Positions 10,046-18,807 of a DNA stretch of 52,053 nucleotides are shown one piece after another. A program made the translations under genes and the position numbers. The stretch's first letter is position 1. Each line of letters opens with the position of its first letter. Below the pieces are notes generated by a model. It ran no database searches. It saw only the letters and a program-made list of their open reading frames with translations, and had not been told where the DNA came from. Location: assembly GCA_038231275.1 (NCBI GenBank), contig JBBRLQ010000045.1:1-52053 (forward strand), read 5' to 3'. Source of the DNA: Polyangiales bacterium (GTDB lineage: Bacteria; Myxococcota_A; Polyangia; Polyangiales; Polyangiaceae).

Positions 10046-10771
10046 ATGATCGCGATGCGCTCCAGGGACGCTGGTAGGCACGGTCGCTGGACGGTTGGGC
10101 TCTTGAGTGGCGCCTTCGCGGCCGCCTTTGGCTACGCGTGCAGCTCGTCGCACCCCGCGGGAATCGTCGACTCGAACGACGGTTCGACCGCGGAAGGGGG
10201 CGGCGACGTGGGCGCGGGCGAGGCGGGCGGCGGCGACGGGGGCACGGACGCCGACAGCCGTGCGCCGGACGCGACGACGAAGGACACGGGCGCTGCAGAC
10301 GCCGCAGACGCCGCAGACGCCGCAGACGCCGCAGACGGCAGCGTCGGCGCGTGCAACGCCATGGACGCGGGCGGCGCCCTCGTCCTCGAAACCAACATCG
10401 CGGGACTTCCTCCCACGCCGGCCGGTGGCGTGCCATTTCAGGGCGAATACTGGCTCACCGAGCGCGACTTTTATCCGGCAGCGACCGACCCGCCCGACGC
10501 GGGCTCGAGCCGCGCCAGCATCGTGGTGCAGAGCAGCTACTTCTTCGGGACCACGACGATCGACATCGTGGAGGGCCAGGGTGCGCTCGGCGACACGTCG
10601 GTCGTGCTCCAGTCCCGCTCCGGCACGTACACGGTGGGCAGCGCGACGGAGCTGACCCTTCGCATGTCGTGCCCCCTAAATCCGCCGGTGAACGTTCCCT
10701 TCACGGTCTCGGGGGACGAGCTCTGGCTCTTCCCCTCCCAAGATCGCCGCGACGTCTACACCGCGCAGTAG
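10046..10771 (+). CDS. lipoprotein with Asp/Ala/Gly linker, paralog of 8674..9423
   Basis: GYA-C lipobox; PTPAGG...GEYWLT...CP...YTAQ. Alternative start 10055. Confidence 0.8.
   Translation: MIAMRSRDAGRHGRWTVGLLSGAFAAAFGYACSSSHPAGIVDSNDGSTAEGGGDVGAGEAGGGDGGTDADSRAPDATTKDTGAADAADAADAADAADGSVGACNAMDAGGALVLETNIAGLPPTPAGGVPFQGEYWLTERDFYPAATDPPDAGSSRASIVVQSSYFFGTTTIDIVEGQGALGDTSVVLQSRSGTYTVGSATELTLRMSCPLNPPVNVPFTVSGDELWLFPSQDRRDVYTAQ
10295..10339 (+). repeat. 9-bp tandem repeat (gcagacgcc)x4 plus one variant, encoding ADA repeats
   Basis: Four perfect units then gcagacggc. Confidence 0.9.
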
Positions 10772-10890
10772 CGCCGCCGCATCCGCTTCACGAGCCACTC
10801 AAAGCGTCGCCGGCGCGCGCGCTCTCCCGCCAGCGCCAGCGCCAGCGCCAGGGGCAGGCGGAGGAGGAGCGAGCCCGTCAAGCGCGCGCG

Positions 10891-13800
10891 TCACTTCATC
10901 GGCGTGCAGTCGTAGAGCATCTCCCACTTCGTGAGCACCGGCGAGAGCGCGCCCAGGGTGTTGAACTTCATGATGACGCGCAGCCACTCCTGCGACGTGA
11001 GGTTGCCCGGGCCTGGGCAGGCGTTGCCTCCCGTCAGGTGCTGATCGACCGTGCACGGAGCCGGGCCGACCGTCAGCGGCGGCGAATTGTACTGCTGCGT
11101 CGTCCACGTCGTCGTCGACGTGCTCGCGGTCCCGATGCCAAACGCGGTCGCGGGGAGGTAGGAGCCGGGGCTGCCGCTCCCGTTGTCGGGTGCCGTCTGC
11201 GCCGAGAAATCGATACTCGTGCCGAAGGGGACCGCGGCCTGCCAGTTGAACAGCTGCCAGGTCGGCAGCGTCCCGTTCGGGCACGCCGCATGGAAGTCAC
11301 GCGTGTAGGTGACCCCGCCGACCAGCGTGGGCGGCGGCGGGGGAGGCGGCGGCGCCGTGTTGCCGATCGGGGCTCCACCGATCGAGCACGAGCTCAGCGT
11401 GAAGAACAGGTATTCGAACGCGCTCTCGTTCGCAGAGAGCGGCGTGGCAAAATCGCACGCCGCAGGGAACGTGCTGCCCGACGCGCGGCTAACGTCGACG
11501 TGCATGGCGCTCAGGACGGCGCGGCCGCAGCCGCTGCCGGCGCCGCCGTCCGACCCGAGCGTCGGCACGACGCCCCCATCGTTCGTGTCGAAGGAAAAGA
11601 CGGAGGCGATGTCCCCCGCCGGATCCGAGCCCCAGTTGTTCGTAGACTCTCCGCGCAACCACTCGAACGCGTTCGCGTTGGGGTAGTACGCCTCGTCGAC
11701 GACCTGTTGGGGCGTGGTCAAATATCCGGACCCATAGAGCCCCTGATTGGTCAGCCAGGTCTGGAAGTCGGTTTGGGGCTGGGTGAAGCCCCCGTCGGGA
11801 CTGACCTTGGTGTTGATCGACTTCTTGTTGCTCCCGATCGGCGAGTTCCAGGTCGTGGTGTTGTTGAAGGGCGCGAGGGCGTGTCCACCGTTCGCGACGG
11901 GCAGGAGCAGGCCGTTCGCCGAATAGTGGTTCATGAACATGCGGCCGCCGCTCCTCAGGAAGTTGTAGAAGTACGTCTGGCCGGCCAGCTCCGCGGGGTT
12001 GGTCGTCTTCCCTAGATCGAAGACCTCACCGCTGCCGCCGCCGCACTGCATGATCACCTCGCTGAAGGCGTTCACGGCAGCCTGGCTCGGCCACAGGTTG
12101 GTCTTCGCGTCGGGCAAGGCCGTGCCTCCGCTGGACGGGTAGAACGACCAGGCGATCGCGCCGCTGTTCGCGTCCGGAAAGACGGCCGACGGGTTCGTGA
12201 TGGAGAGCGTGGTGGCGTTGACGAAAGCGCTCACGGTGAACGAGCCGTTGTTGTTGCCGTTGGCCGCTCCGGAGAGGATGAGCACGCCCCCGACGTCTCC
12301 GACGGCGCGGCCCGTGAGGCCGCTGATGTTCAGCGCCGTGACGCCGTTTCCTGCGATGGACCAGGTGGCGCTGCCGCCGCCCGTCTCGTTCACCGACGCC
12401 GCGTTCGTGACGGTGACCTTGCTGCTGGATTGCACGGACGTGATGACGAAGCTCCCGTTATTCCCCGCGTTGGTCAGCCCCGCGAGCACAATCGTTTGCC
12501 CGACGTAGGAAGCCGAGATGCCGCTGAGGTTCTTGATCTGCGCTTTACCGCCGCTCTGCTTGACGACCTTGGGCGCGGTTCCGCTGAGTGCGGCGATCGG
12601 CACCGGGCCGACGATGGCCGCCGTCCCCGTCCCAGTGGCAGAAGTGATGAAGCCGAGACCGTTGTCCTTGAAGAGCTGCAGGCGCGTCGCGCCGCCCCCG
12701 GCACCCATCTCGTTCACGCCGCCCATGTACTTCGCGATGGTGCATTGGAAGGGCTCTGCGCTGCCCGTCACGATGGCGATGAGCGGGATGTCGCCCTCGG
12801 CCTGGGTCTGCGGCAGGCGTGTCTTGCAGTTGCTGCCCGGATAGACGCAATCGGTCGCGACCGTGAGGTTGTTGTCCACACACGAGGTGAGCCCGGTCAC
12901 GGCGATCTGTCGACGCCAGCGGCCCGTCTGGAAGACGATGTTCGTCGAGGTGGACGAGACCTGGAGCTTGAAGGCTCCCGTGTTGTCGCTGAACGTCGAC
13001 GACGTGTAGGGTGACAGGAGCCCCGCGCAGGTGTCGCACGTGACGCCGCTGGTGAACGCCGTGAGCGCGCCCGAAGGCTCGTAGACGGCGACGGCCGGGA
13101 GCGGCAGATTCGCCCCCGGATCGTAGACCGTACCGCTCACGGTCGTGACGCATCCGCCGCCATCTCCCGCGCCGGCCTCGAGCCCGCCGCAGACGGTTCC
13201 GCAGATCTGGTTCGTGCACTGCGACGCGCCGGGGAGCCCGGGGTTCTCCGCCGAGTAATTGTTGCACGCGTCACACTCCGCGAGCTGCGTGTACCCGGGG
13301 ACAATCGAAGTTGGCAGAATCGTCGTGGACGGATTCACGACGAAGAAGCGCCCGCCGCCGCTGAAATCGAGCGCGCCGCCAGCAGACGACGTGCACGCGG
13401 TTGCGGTGTTCAGCGTCACGCACTGTCCGGGCCCGATCGCTGTGGTGGCGAGGTTGACCGAGCAGTACCCGTCTTTGGTGCTGGCGGCGGGCACCGCGGG
13501 GCCCGCGAACGGGCAGGTGGTCGCCGCGGACGTCGGGGTGCTCTGGCTCACCGCGATGTAGAGCGTGCCCGTGTTGGCGTTCGCGAGGCCGCGGTTGCAG
13601 ACCTCGAGCTCTTGAGCGATCGCGGTCGTGCAGCCCATTCCGAGCGTGAAATCAGGCTTCGTCGTGCACGACGCGTTGTAGCCGGAGATCCCGTACGGCG
13701 CGCATGTCCCCGCGCCGCCGTCGGTGGCGCTGCATGCATAGTCGTGCTGGCAGTTGTCCGTCGCGCCGCCCGTGCAGGCGCCCGTGTTGCCCCGCATCGA

Positions 13801-14373
13801 CGCGGGAAGGTTCCCGTAGAGGGCCGCGGGGCCGCCGGTCGCTTCGTCGCAGTAGCAGAGGTTGCCGCCGCCGGGGTTCACCGAAAGTCCGCAGTCCGCC
13901 GCGTTGAGGGCGCCGTCCAGGCCCGCGTCGAGGCCGCACGGATCGTCGACGAACTGGTTGCAGTACGGATCGCAGGGGTTCGACGCGCCGCACGCGCCGG
14001 TCGAGCCGAGGGCGGTGACGTGCAGACCAGCGCCGCTCGTGAACGACTTCGCCTTGGCGACGACGGTGTCGCCCTGGCACGCGCCCCAGTGGGTGCCGTC
14101 GCAGGTCGTCTTGCCCATCGCGCACATCACGTACGAGCCGACCGTCTGCTCCACGCGGCCGCAGTCCGCCGTCGCGCCTACCGCGTCGCACCCGCAGCCG
14201 GGGTTCGGGTGTCCGCACGCGTCACCGGTTCCAGGGGGCAGACCCGAGCCGCTGCTCGTTCCGGCGTTCTCCTGCGAGCTGCACGCGGCGAACATCAAGC
14301 TCGCCGAGATGGCCAGGAAACCGACGAAGGCGACCCAGCGGAGCTTCGTCGACGTGGGACCGATCTGCATCAT
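10891..14373 (-). CDS. large Cys-rich secreted lipoprotein, head/tail family member P2
   Basis: FAA-C lipobox; head CAMGKTTCDGTHWGAC...NPCDPYC; CARDB-like VCNRG; carboxypeptidase-regulatory-like VSGTVYDP...FQTGRWRRQ; tail SPVLTKWEMLYDCTP; AGGAG RBS. Confidence 0.88.
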   Translation of the reverse strand: MMQIGPTSTKLRWVAFVGFLAISASLMFAACSSQENAGTSSGSGLPPGTGDACGHPNPGCGCDAVGATADCGRVEQTVGSYVMCAMGKTTCDGTHWGACQGDTVVAKAKSFTSGAGLHVTALGSTGACGASNPCDPYCNQFVDDPCGLDAGLDGALNAADCGLSVNPGGGNLCYCDEATGGPAALYGNLPASMRGNTGACTGGATDNCQHDYACSATDGGAGTCAPYGISGYNASCTTKPDFTLGMGCTTAIAQELEVCNRGLANANTGTLYIAVSQSTPTSAATTCPFAGPAVPAASTKDGYCSVNLATTAIGPGQCVTLNTATACTSSAGGALDFSGGGRFFVVNPSTTILPTSIVPGYTQLAECDACNNYSAENPGLPGASQCTNQICGTVCGGLEAGAGDGGGCVTTVSGTVYDPGANLPLPAVAVYEPSGALTAFTSGVTCDTCAGLLSPYTSSTFSDNTGAFKLQVSSTSTNIVFQTGRWRRQIAVTGLTSCVDNNLTVATDCVYPGSNCKTRLPQTQAEGDIPLIAIVTGSAEPFQCTIAKYMGGVNEMGAGGGATRLQLFKDNGLGFITSATGTGTAAIVGPVPIAALSGTAPKVVKQSGGKAQIKNLSGISASYVGQTIVLAGLTNAGNNGSFVITSVQSSSKVTVTNAASVNETGGGSATWSIAGNGVTALNISGLTGRAVGDVGGVLILSGAANGNNNGSFTVSAFVNATTLSITNPSAVFPDANSGAIAWSFYPSSGGTALPDAKTNLWPSQAAVNAFSEVIMQCGGGSGEVFDLGKTTNPAELAGQTYFYNFLRSGGRMFMNHYSANGLLLPVANGGHALAPFNNTTTWNSPIGSNKKSINTKVSPDGGFTQPQTDFQTWLTNQGLYGSGYLTTPQQVVDEAYYPNANAFEWLRGESTNNWGSDPAGDIASVFSFDTNDGGVVPTLGSDGGAGSGCGRAVLSAMHVDVSRASGSTFPAACDFATPLSANESAFEYLFFTLSSCSIGGAPIGNTAPPPPPPPPTLVGGVTYTRDFHAACPNGTLPTWQLFNWQAAVPFGTSIDFSAQTAPDNGSGSPGSYLPATAFGIGTASTSTTTWTTQQYNSPPLTVGPAPCTVDQHLTGGNACPGPGNLTSQEWLRVIMKFNTLGALSPVLTKWEMLYDCTPMK

Positions 14374-14525
14374 GATCTCCTAGTGACTCCGCGAAGCTGC
14401 CGACGGGAGTACCGCGCATGATCAGACTAGCGTAGATGCGCGGATAGGCGCACGAGCAGGCGATCGATGACGGCTGGAACGAGGTCGTCGGCGCGAAGTT
14501 GTCCGGTGACTGAAACCCCACCTCT

Positions 14526-14544
14526 CGTGCAACTTGCGTGCAAC
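14526..14544 (-). promoter_or_regulatory. 8-bp direct repeat, sigma-54-like element upstream of P2
   Basis: Minus strand reads GTTGCACG-CAA-GTTGCACG. TTGCACG-N4-TTGCA differs from TGGCACG-N4-TTGC at one conserved G. Confidence 0.4.
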
Positions 14545-14667
14545 GCCCGCCGCCGGGCAAATTCGCGCGTTTTTCAGGCACTTCGTGCGACCTGCGCGCG
14601 CGCAGGCGCGACAATGACCTCGCAGCAATGTTCGCCCACGAACGATTTTGCGGTCTGCGGATGTGGT

Positions 14668-14710
14668 CGCGTAGGCGCGGTTTTCCCTCCTCTGCCTCCG
14701 CGCCTACGCG
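14668..14710. repeat. 13-bp perfect inverted repeat (hairpin; terminator- or REP-like)
   Basis: cgcgtaggcgcgg (14668-80) and ccgcgcctacgcg (14698-710), 17-nt loop, just downstream of 14746..15726c. Confidence 0.7.
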
Positions 14711-14745
14711 CCTACGCGCCGCGCGCTTACGGAAGCGCTTCGCGA

Positions 14746-15726
14746 TCAGCCGCCGAAGCCGAAGCCGCCGCGCCCACCGCTCGGGACGCCGTGGACGCCG
14801 CCGAAGCCGCCGCGCGCCCGCGCGTAGAAGCGGACGTCGGAGCAAATCGTAACGCGCGGCGCGACGGTGTAATGCCGGCGAACGAGGACCTCGTTCCACT
14901 CGACGTGCCCCTCGAAGCGCTGCACCACGAACTTCAGATCGACCATGAAGATCGCGATGCCGGCGGCTTGGTACGCGAGGAACGCTTCGTGGAGATCGTC
15001 CTCCTCGGTCTCGGTGTCGTCGAGGTCTTCGACGACATAAACGACGCGTGTGATTCCCTGTGCTCGAAGCGCGTTCGGATCGGGGAGATCTCCGGGCGAC
15101 AGCATGTAGCGGTTGTCGGTGACCTCGTCGTCGGGCTCGTCCTCGCGGAACGCGAGCCGCCACGCATCGAGCAAGATGACCGGGCGCGTCGCGAGATCGT
15201 CGGGCTGCGGGAGGCGGGGCTGCATCTTCACGAGCGCCGAGAGGGTCTCTTCGGCCGGCACGATCTCGTTGTCGGCGGGCCAGTTGTTGAACGTGAGAAC
15301 GGTGGCGACCGGCTCGCGCGACGCGCGGCTGAGCGAGGCGCCGAACGCGACCGAGGCGGCGCCGCGCAGATCGACCATCCACATCGTGTCGGCCGGGAGG
15401 CCCGCGGCGCCGATACGCGTCGCCGCCGACTGCGCCTCCGCGACGACGTCGAGGCGCGCGATGTCGGGGAGCTCGGCGGTGCGCTGCGGCGCGGCGTCGA
15501 GCACGGAGAGGAGCGTGAGCTTTTGCCAGCGCGCCCACGGGTTTTGCGGCGGCAGCTGCCAGCGCATGGCCGCTTCCGGGTACGTCGGCAGCGCGACGGG
15601 ACTGCCGGCGGGGACGTCCTGCGCCCAGTACGCGACGGAGACCGACGGTGTCCACGGACGCGACGCGCACGCCGTCGACAGGACGGCGACGGGAACCGCA
15701 CCGAGGACGCGCCGGAGGTGGCTCAT
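14746..15726 (-). CDS. putative lipoprotein with C-terminal RGGFG/Gly-rich tail
   Basis: ATGA overlap with upstream gene; MSHLRRVLGAVPVAVLSTA-C; ends ARARGGFGGVHGVPSGGRGGFGFGG. Confidence 0.8.
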   Translation of the reverse strand: MSHLRRVLGAVPVAVLSTACASRPWTPSVSVAYWAQDVPAGSPVALPTYPEAAMRWQLPPQNPWARWQKLTLLSVLDAAPQRTAELPDIARLDVVAEAQSAATRIGAAGLPADTMWMVDLRGAASVAFGASLSRASREPVATVLTFNNWPADNEIVPAEETLSALVKMQPRLPQPDDLATRPVILLDAWRLAFREDEPDDEVTDNRYMLSPGDLPDPNALRAQGITRVVYVVEDLDDTETEEDDLHEAFLAYQAAGIAIFMVDLKFVVQRFEGHVEWNEVLVRRHYTVAPRVTICSDVRFYARARGGFGGVHGVPSGGRGGFGFGG

Positions 15727-16967
15727 TCGACGAACACCGGAACGACCAGCGCGTCGTGCGAGACGTGGCTCTCCTCGGTCACGCGCGCGAAGTAGCCCGC
15801 GAACTGCCCGTCGAGGACGTACGCGCCGAGGGTGACGTAGCGCGGGCCCCACGGCGTCGGCAGTCGGCGCTGGCGGATGAAGCGCTGCGCGATCCAGCTC
15901 TCGCCGGCGCGCCGCTTGGCGAGCGCGTCGTCGACGAGGCGCGTCCACTCCTCGGGCGTCTCGAGCTCGCCGACGTGCACCTCGTCGCCGACTCTTCCGA
16001 GCGCGCGCTTCACGACCCACCCCGCGCGGTCCGCGAGGAGCACAGCGCGCGAGACGTCCGCGAGATCGTGCGAGTCGGGGAGATGATCGCGAACCGCCGC
16101 GCGATCCTCCGGCGAGAGCTCGTTCGCGAGCGCTGACGCGCGCGCCATGCCGAGCTTGCTCTGGAGGAAGATGTGCGAGAAAGCGGAGATCGATCGGACG
16201 CGGCCTGAGCGGATCGCGCGCGTGAGGTCCTTCACGTTGCGCTGGCCCTCCATGTATTCCGCGGGAAAATAGCGATAAAGCGCGGTGACCTCGGCGGCGC
16301 CGACCATGAGGCGATCGCCCACGAGGTGCGGCGCCGTCGGCGGCGTGAGGATCGCGCGGACGCCGCGGGCCTCGAGCGCGCGCTTGATGATGGCGCACAC
16401 TTGGAGGTCCTCCGCGTACGCGGTCGCGAAGAGGAGCGCGACCGCCCCGTCGTCGTGGCCCTGCGCCGCAAGACCCGCGATGCGCGCGGCGGCACGCTCC
16501 ACCACCGTGGTCGGGTTCTCGCCGGACATGAAACCGGCGGCGCGCGCGAGGCGCGGGAGGCCGAGCGCCTCGTTGTGCCCGCCGGGACAGTCGGCGTTGA
16601 TCTCGCACGCGCGCCATGCGCCGTCCTCGCCGAGGAGCAAGTCCACTCGAACGAGCGACGCGCGATCGCCGGCCGCGTGCGACGCCGCGGCGAGCGCGAG
16701 CACCTCGGGGTGGAGATCGTAGCGCGCGCGCTCCTCGGGATCGTCGTGCGCCCGATCGCACGCGGCGCCGACCGCGCGCACGACGCCCTCCGCCGCGATG
16801 ACCGCCGCGTCGTGGAGCTCGCGCGACAGGACGAGCGGGTGCAGGTCCACGCGCCGCTCGCCGCCGACGTACGCGTCCCACACGAGGTAGCGCTGCGTCA
16901 GCTCGCGGAAGAGCGACGGATCGGAGAGCGGATCGAGCCGCCTAAGCGCGCGGACCTCGCAGCTCAC
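15723..16967 (-). CDS. glutathionylspermidine synthase-family (circularly permuted ATP-grasp) ligase
   Basis: RVDLLL...ACEINADCPGG..E, LYRYFPAE, QSK, WVVKRALGRVGDEV, WIAQRF, LGAYV...FAG...R; GTG 16967 overlaps upstream TGA. Confidence 0.85.
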   Translation of the reverse strand: MSCEVRALRRLDPLSDPSLFRELTQRYLVWDAYVGGERRVDLHPLVLSRELHDAAVIAAEGVVRAVGAACDRAHDDPEERARYDLHPEVLALAAASHAAGDRASLVRVDLLLGEDGAWRACEINADCPGGHNEALGLPRLARAAGFMSGENPTTVVERAAARIAGLAAQGHDDGAVALLFATAYAEDLQVCAIIKRALEARGVRAILTPPTAPHLVGDRLMVGAAEVTALYRYFPAEYMEGQRNVKDLTRAIRSGRVRSISAFSHIFLQSKLGMARASALANELSPEDRAAVRDHLPDSHDLADVSRAVLLADRAGWVVKRALGRVGDEVHVGELETPEEWTRLVDDALAKRRAGESWIAQRFIRQRRLPTPWGPRYVTLGAYVLDGQFAGYFARVTEESHVSHDALVVPVFVE

Positions 16968-18046
16968 GGCAGCGCCCTCGCGAGCGCCGACCACAGGGCC
17001 GGATCCTCGGCGCCGAGGCCGTAATAGACGACTCCGACCGAGAGCGGCAAGACGTCCGGGCCCCACGTGCGGAGCGTGCGAAGGGACGATCGCGCATCGT
17101 CGTACCAGACGTCGTGCGCGAGACCGTTGACGTCGGTATACGACAGGTGGAGCGCGCCCGTCGGGCCGACCTGGACCGCGAGGTGATACTCGTCGGCGAG
17201 CGCCAGCGCCTCGAAGTAGCTGACGTTGCGCGTCCCGGCGAAGCTCACGTCGTTGCCATAGAGCGGCACGGCGACGTCGACGGGGACCACGCCGCTGCGG
17301 GTCTGCGCAAAGCGCACGGCGTCGACGGCCCACCCCTGATCGATCGTGGGTCCAGAGACCGGATCGGCGTAGTCGAGCGTCATCACGCGCACCCGGTCGA
17401 TCCACTGCGACAGCGTCTGGAGGTCGAACGCGGCCCCGCCAGGGACGTCGGACGGATCCTTGGTGGAGGGCGGCGCGAAGATGCCGATCTTCTTCGCGGG
17501 CCGAATCTGCCCCGAGAGCTCCTTCACGAACAGCGAGAGATCCGCGCGCGCGCCCGCCGGCAGATCGTGGAAGACCAGCTCGACGCCGTCCACCGCTTGC
17601 GCGAGCTCCTTGAGCGACGCGATGACCGCCACGCGCCACGTCGGGTTGTCGAGCTCGGTCGCGCTCTGCGCGCCGTCGAAGCGCTCGGCGGTCTCGTCGG
17701 AGAACTGGACGCCGAGCTTCACCTTGTATCCCTTCTGGCGGAGGTCCGCGGCGACCTGCGAGAGCTGCGCGCGCGCGCTCGGATCGGTCGGGCCGACGTC
17801 TCCGTTCGCGCGCGGCACCGCGCACAGGAGCACCACCTCTTGCACCGCGCGCCGCATGTCCGCCGAGCTCAGCGCCGCCGCCTGCCACGTGTCGGGCGTG
17901 CAGCCGTCGGAGACGACGGTCGCGTAGCGGGCGGGAATCCCCGCGCCGTCTTGCTGCCCGACCCGGTCGATCGTCTCGCCGGAGAAGCCACAGCCGATCG
18001 CCGCGGTCGCGGCAAGCCCGAGCACGAACGAGAGCGCGATCTTCAT
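16964..18046 (-). CDS. GH18 (chitinase-like) fold lipoprotein with degenerate catalytic motif
   Basis: AIG-C lipobox; VDGVELVFH in place of DGIDIDxE; VMTLDY...GP, VPLYGND, HDVWYDDARS, YYGLGAEDP; ATGA overlap. Confidence 0.8.
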   Translation of the reverse strand: MKIALSFVLGLAATAAIGCGFSGETIDRVGQQDGAGIPARYATVVSDGCTPDTWQAAALSSADMRRAVQEVVLLCAVPRANGDVGPTDPSARAQLSQVAADLRQKGYKVKLGVQFSDETAERFDGAQSATELDNPTWRVAVIASLKELAQAVDGVELVFHDLPAGARADLSLFVKELSGQIRPAKKIGIFAPPSTKDPSDVPGGAAFDLQTLSQWIDRVRVMTLDYADPVSGPTIDQGWAVDAVRFAQTRSGVVPVDVAVPLYGNDVSFAGTRNVSYFEALALADEYHLAVQVGPTGALHLSYTDVNGLAHDVWYDDARSSLRTLRTWGPDVLPLSVGVVYYGLGAEDPALWSALARALP

Positions 18047-18708
18047 AGTCCAAACTCCAACCGCAACCCGGCGGTGACGGCGTTTCCGAAGCCGAACTGG
18101 TAGATGCTGGGCGAGACCGCGACGCAGATGCGCAAGAACGGATCGGTTCGACGGCAGCCGGCCACCTCCGCGCGGAGGAGAAAGCTGGCCGCGGAGGCGG
18201 CGCCGGCCTCGGTGAACGCGCCGTTCGCGACCGCCGCGCTCGTGCGCGCAAACGAGATGCCGGTCCGGAGGGTCGCGGAGAACATCCAGCGCCGCTCGTA
18301 GAAGCGAACGCCGACGCCTGGGAGGAGGACGTCCGCCATGAGCGCCGTCCACGCGCGCTGCTCCACGATCGAGCCGTCGACGGCCGAGAGGATGCGTGGG
18401 CTCTCGCCGATCGCCGCCGACAGCCCGAGCCCCGCGAGCGGAAAGACGAGACGCTTGTCGACGGCCATCGTCAGCTCGCCCGACGCGCCCGCGAGCGTCA
18501 GGTGCCCGATCGATGGAACGCTGCCGGATACGAACCGCGACGACTCCCCTCCCGAGAAGCTCATCACCGGCATCGCGCGCATGTAGGTGCCGTAGCCTGC
18601 GAACGCGCTGCCGAGCTCGAGCTGGGTCTCGCGCGCCTCGGCACGCGGCTCGGGCCACGCCGCGAAGAGGAGGGCGCACGTCGAAACGGCAAGAGCGAGA
18701 CGCCGCAC
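18043..18708 (-). CDS. secreted protein, probable small outer-membrane beta-barrel
   Basis: Signal peptide ending AEA; alternating hydrophobic strands; C-terminus GLRLEFGL. Confidence 0.6.
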   Translation of the reverse strand: MRRLALAVSTCALLFAAWPEPRAEARETQLELGSAFAGYGTYMRAMPVMSFSGGESSRFVSGSVPSIGHLTLAGASGELTMAVDKRLVFPLAGLGLSAAIGESPRILSAVDGSIVEQRAWTALMADVLLPGVGVRFYERRWMFSATLRTGISFARTSAAVANGAFTEAGAASAASFLLRAEVAGCRRTDPFLRICVAVSPSIYQFGFGNAVTAGLRLEFGL

Positions 18709-18807
18709 GCGGACGGATGGAGCAAGAACCCCACCACGCGCGCGCGAGCGTGGATCCGCTGTTTTTTATGGCGTTCGAGGCCCTCGCGCCTCGGACGGAC
18801 GGCGGCG

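Noticed and set aside
8833..10339. Short tandem repeats as possible CRISPR or DGR elements
   Set aside because: In-frame 9-bp units without unique spacers; no cas or reverse transcriptase gene.
10810..10890. (ccagcg)n run and GC-alternating inverted repeat between convergent genes
   Set aside because: Low-complexity GC sequence; a hairpin is possible but there is no U-tract or other support.
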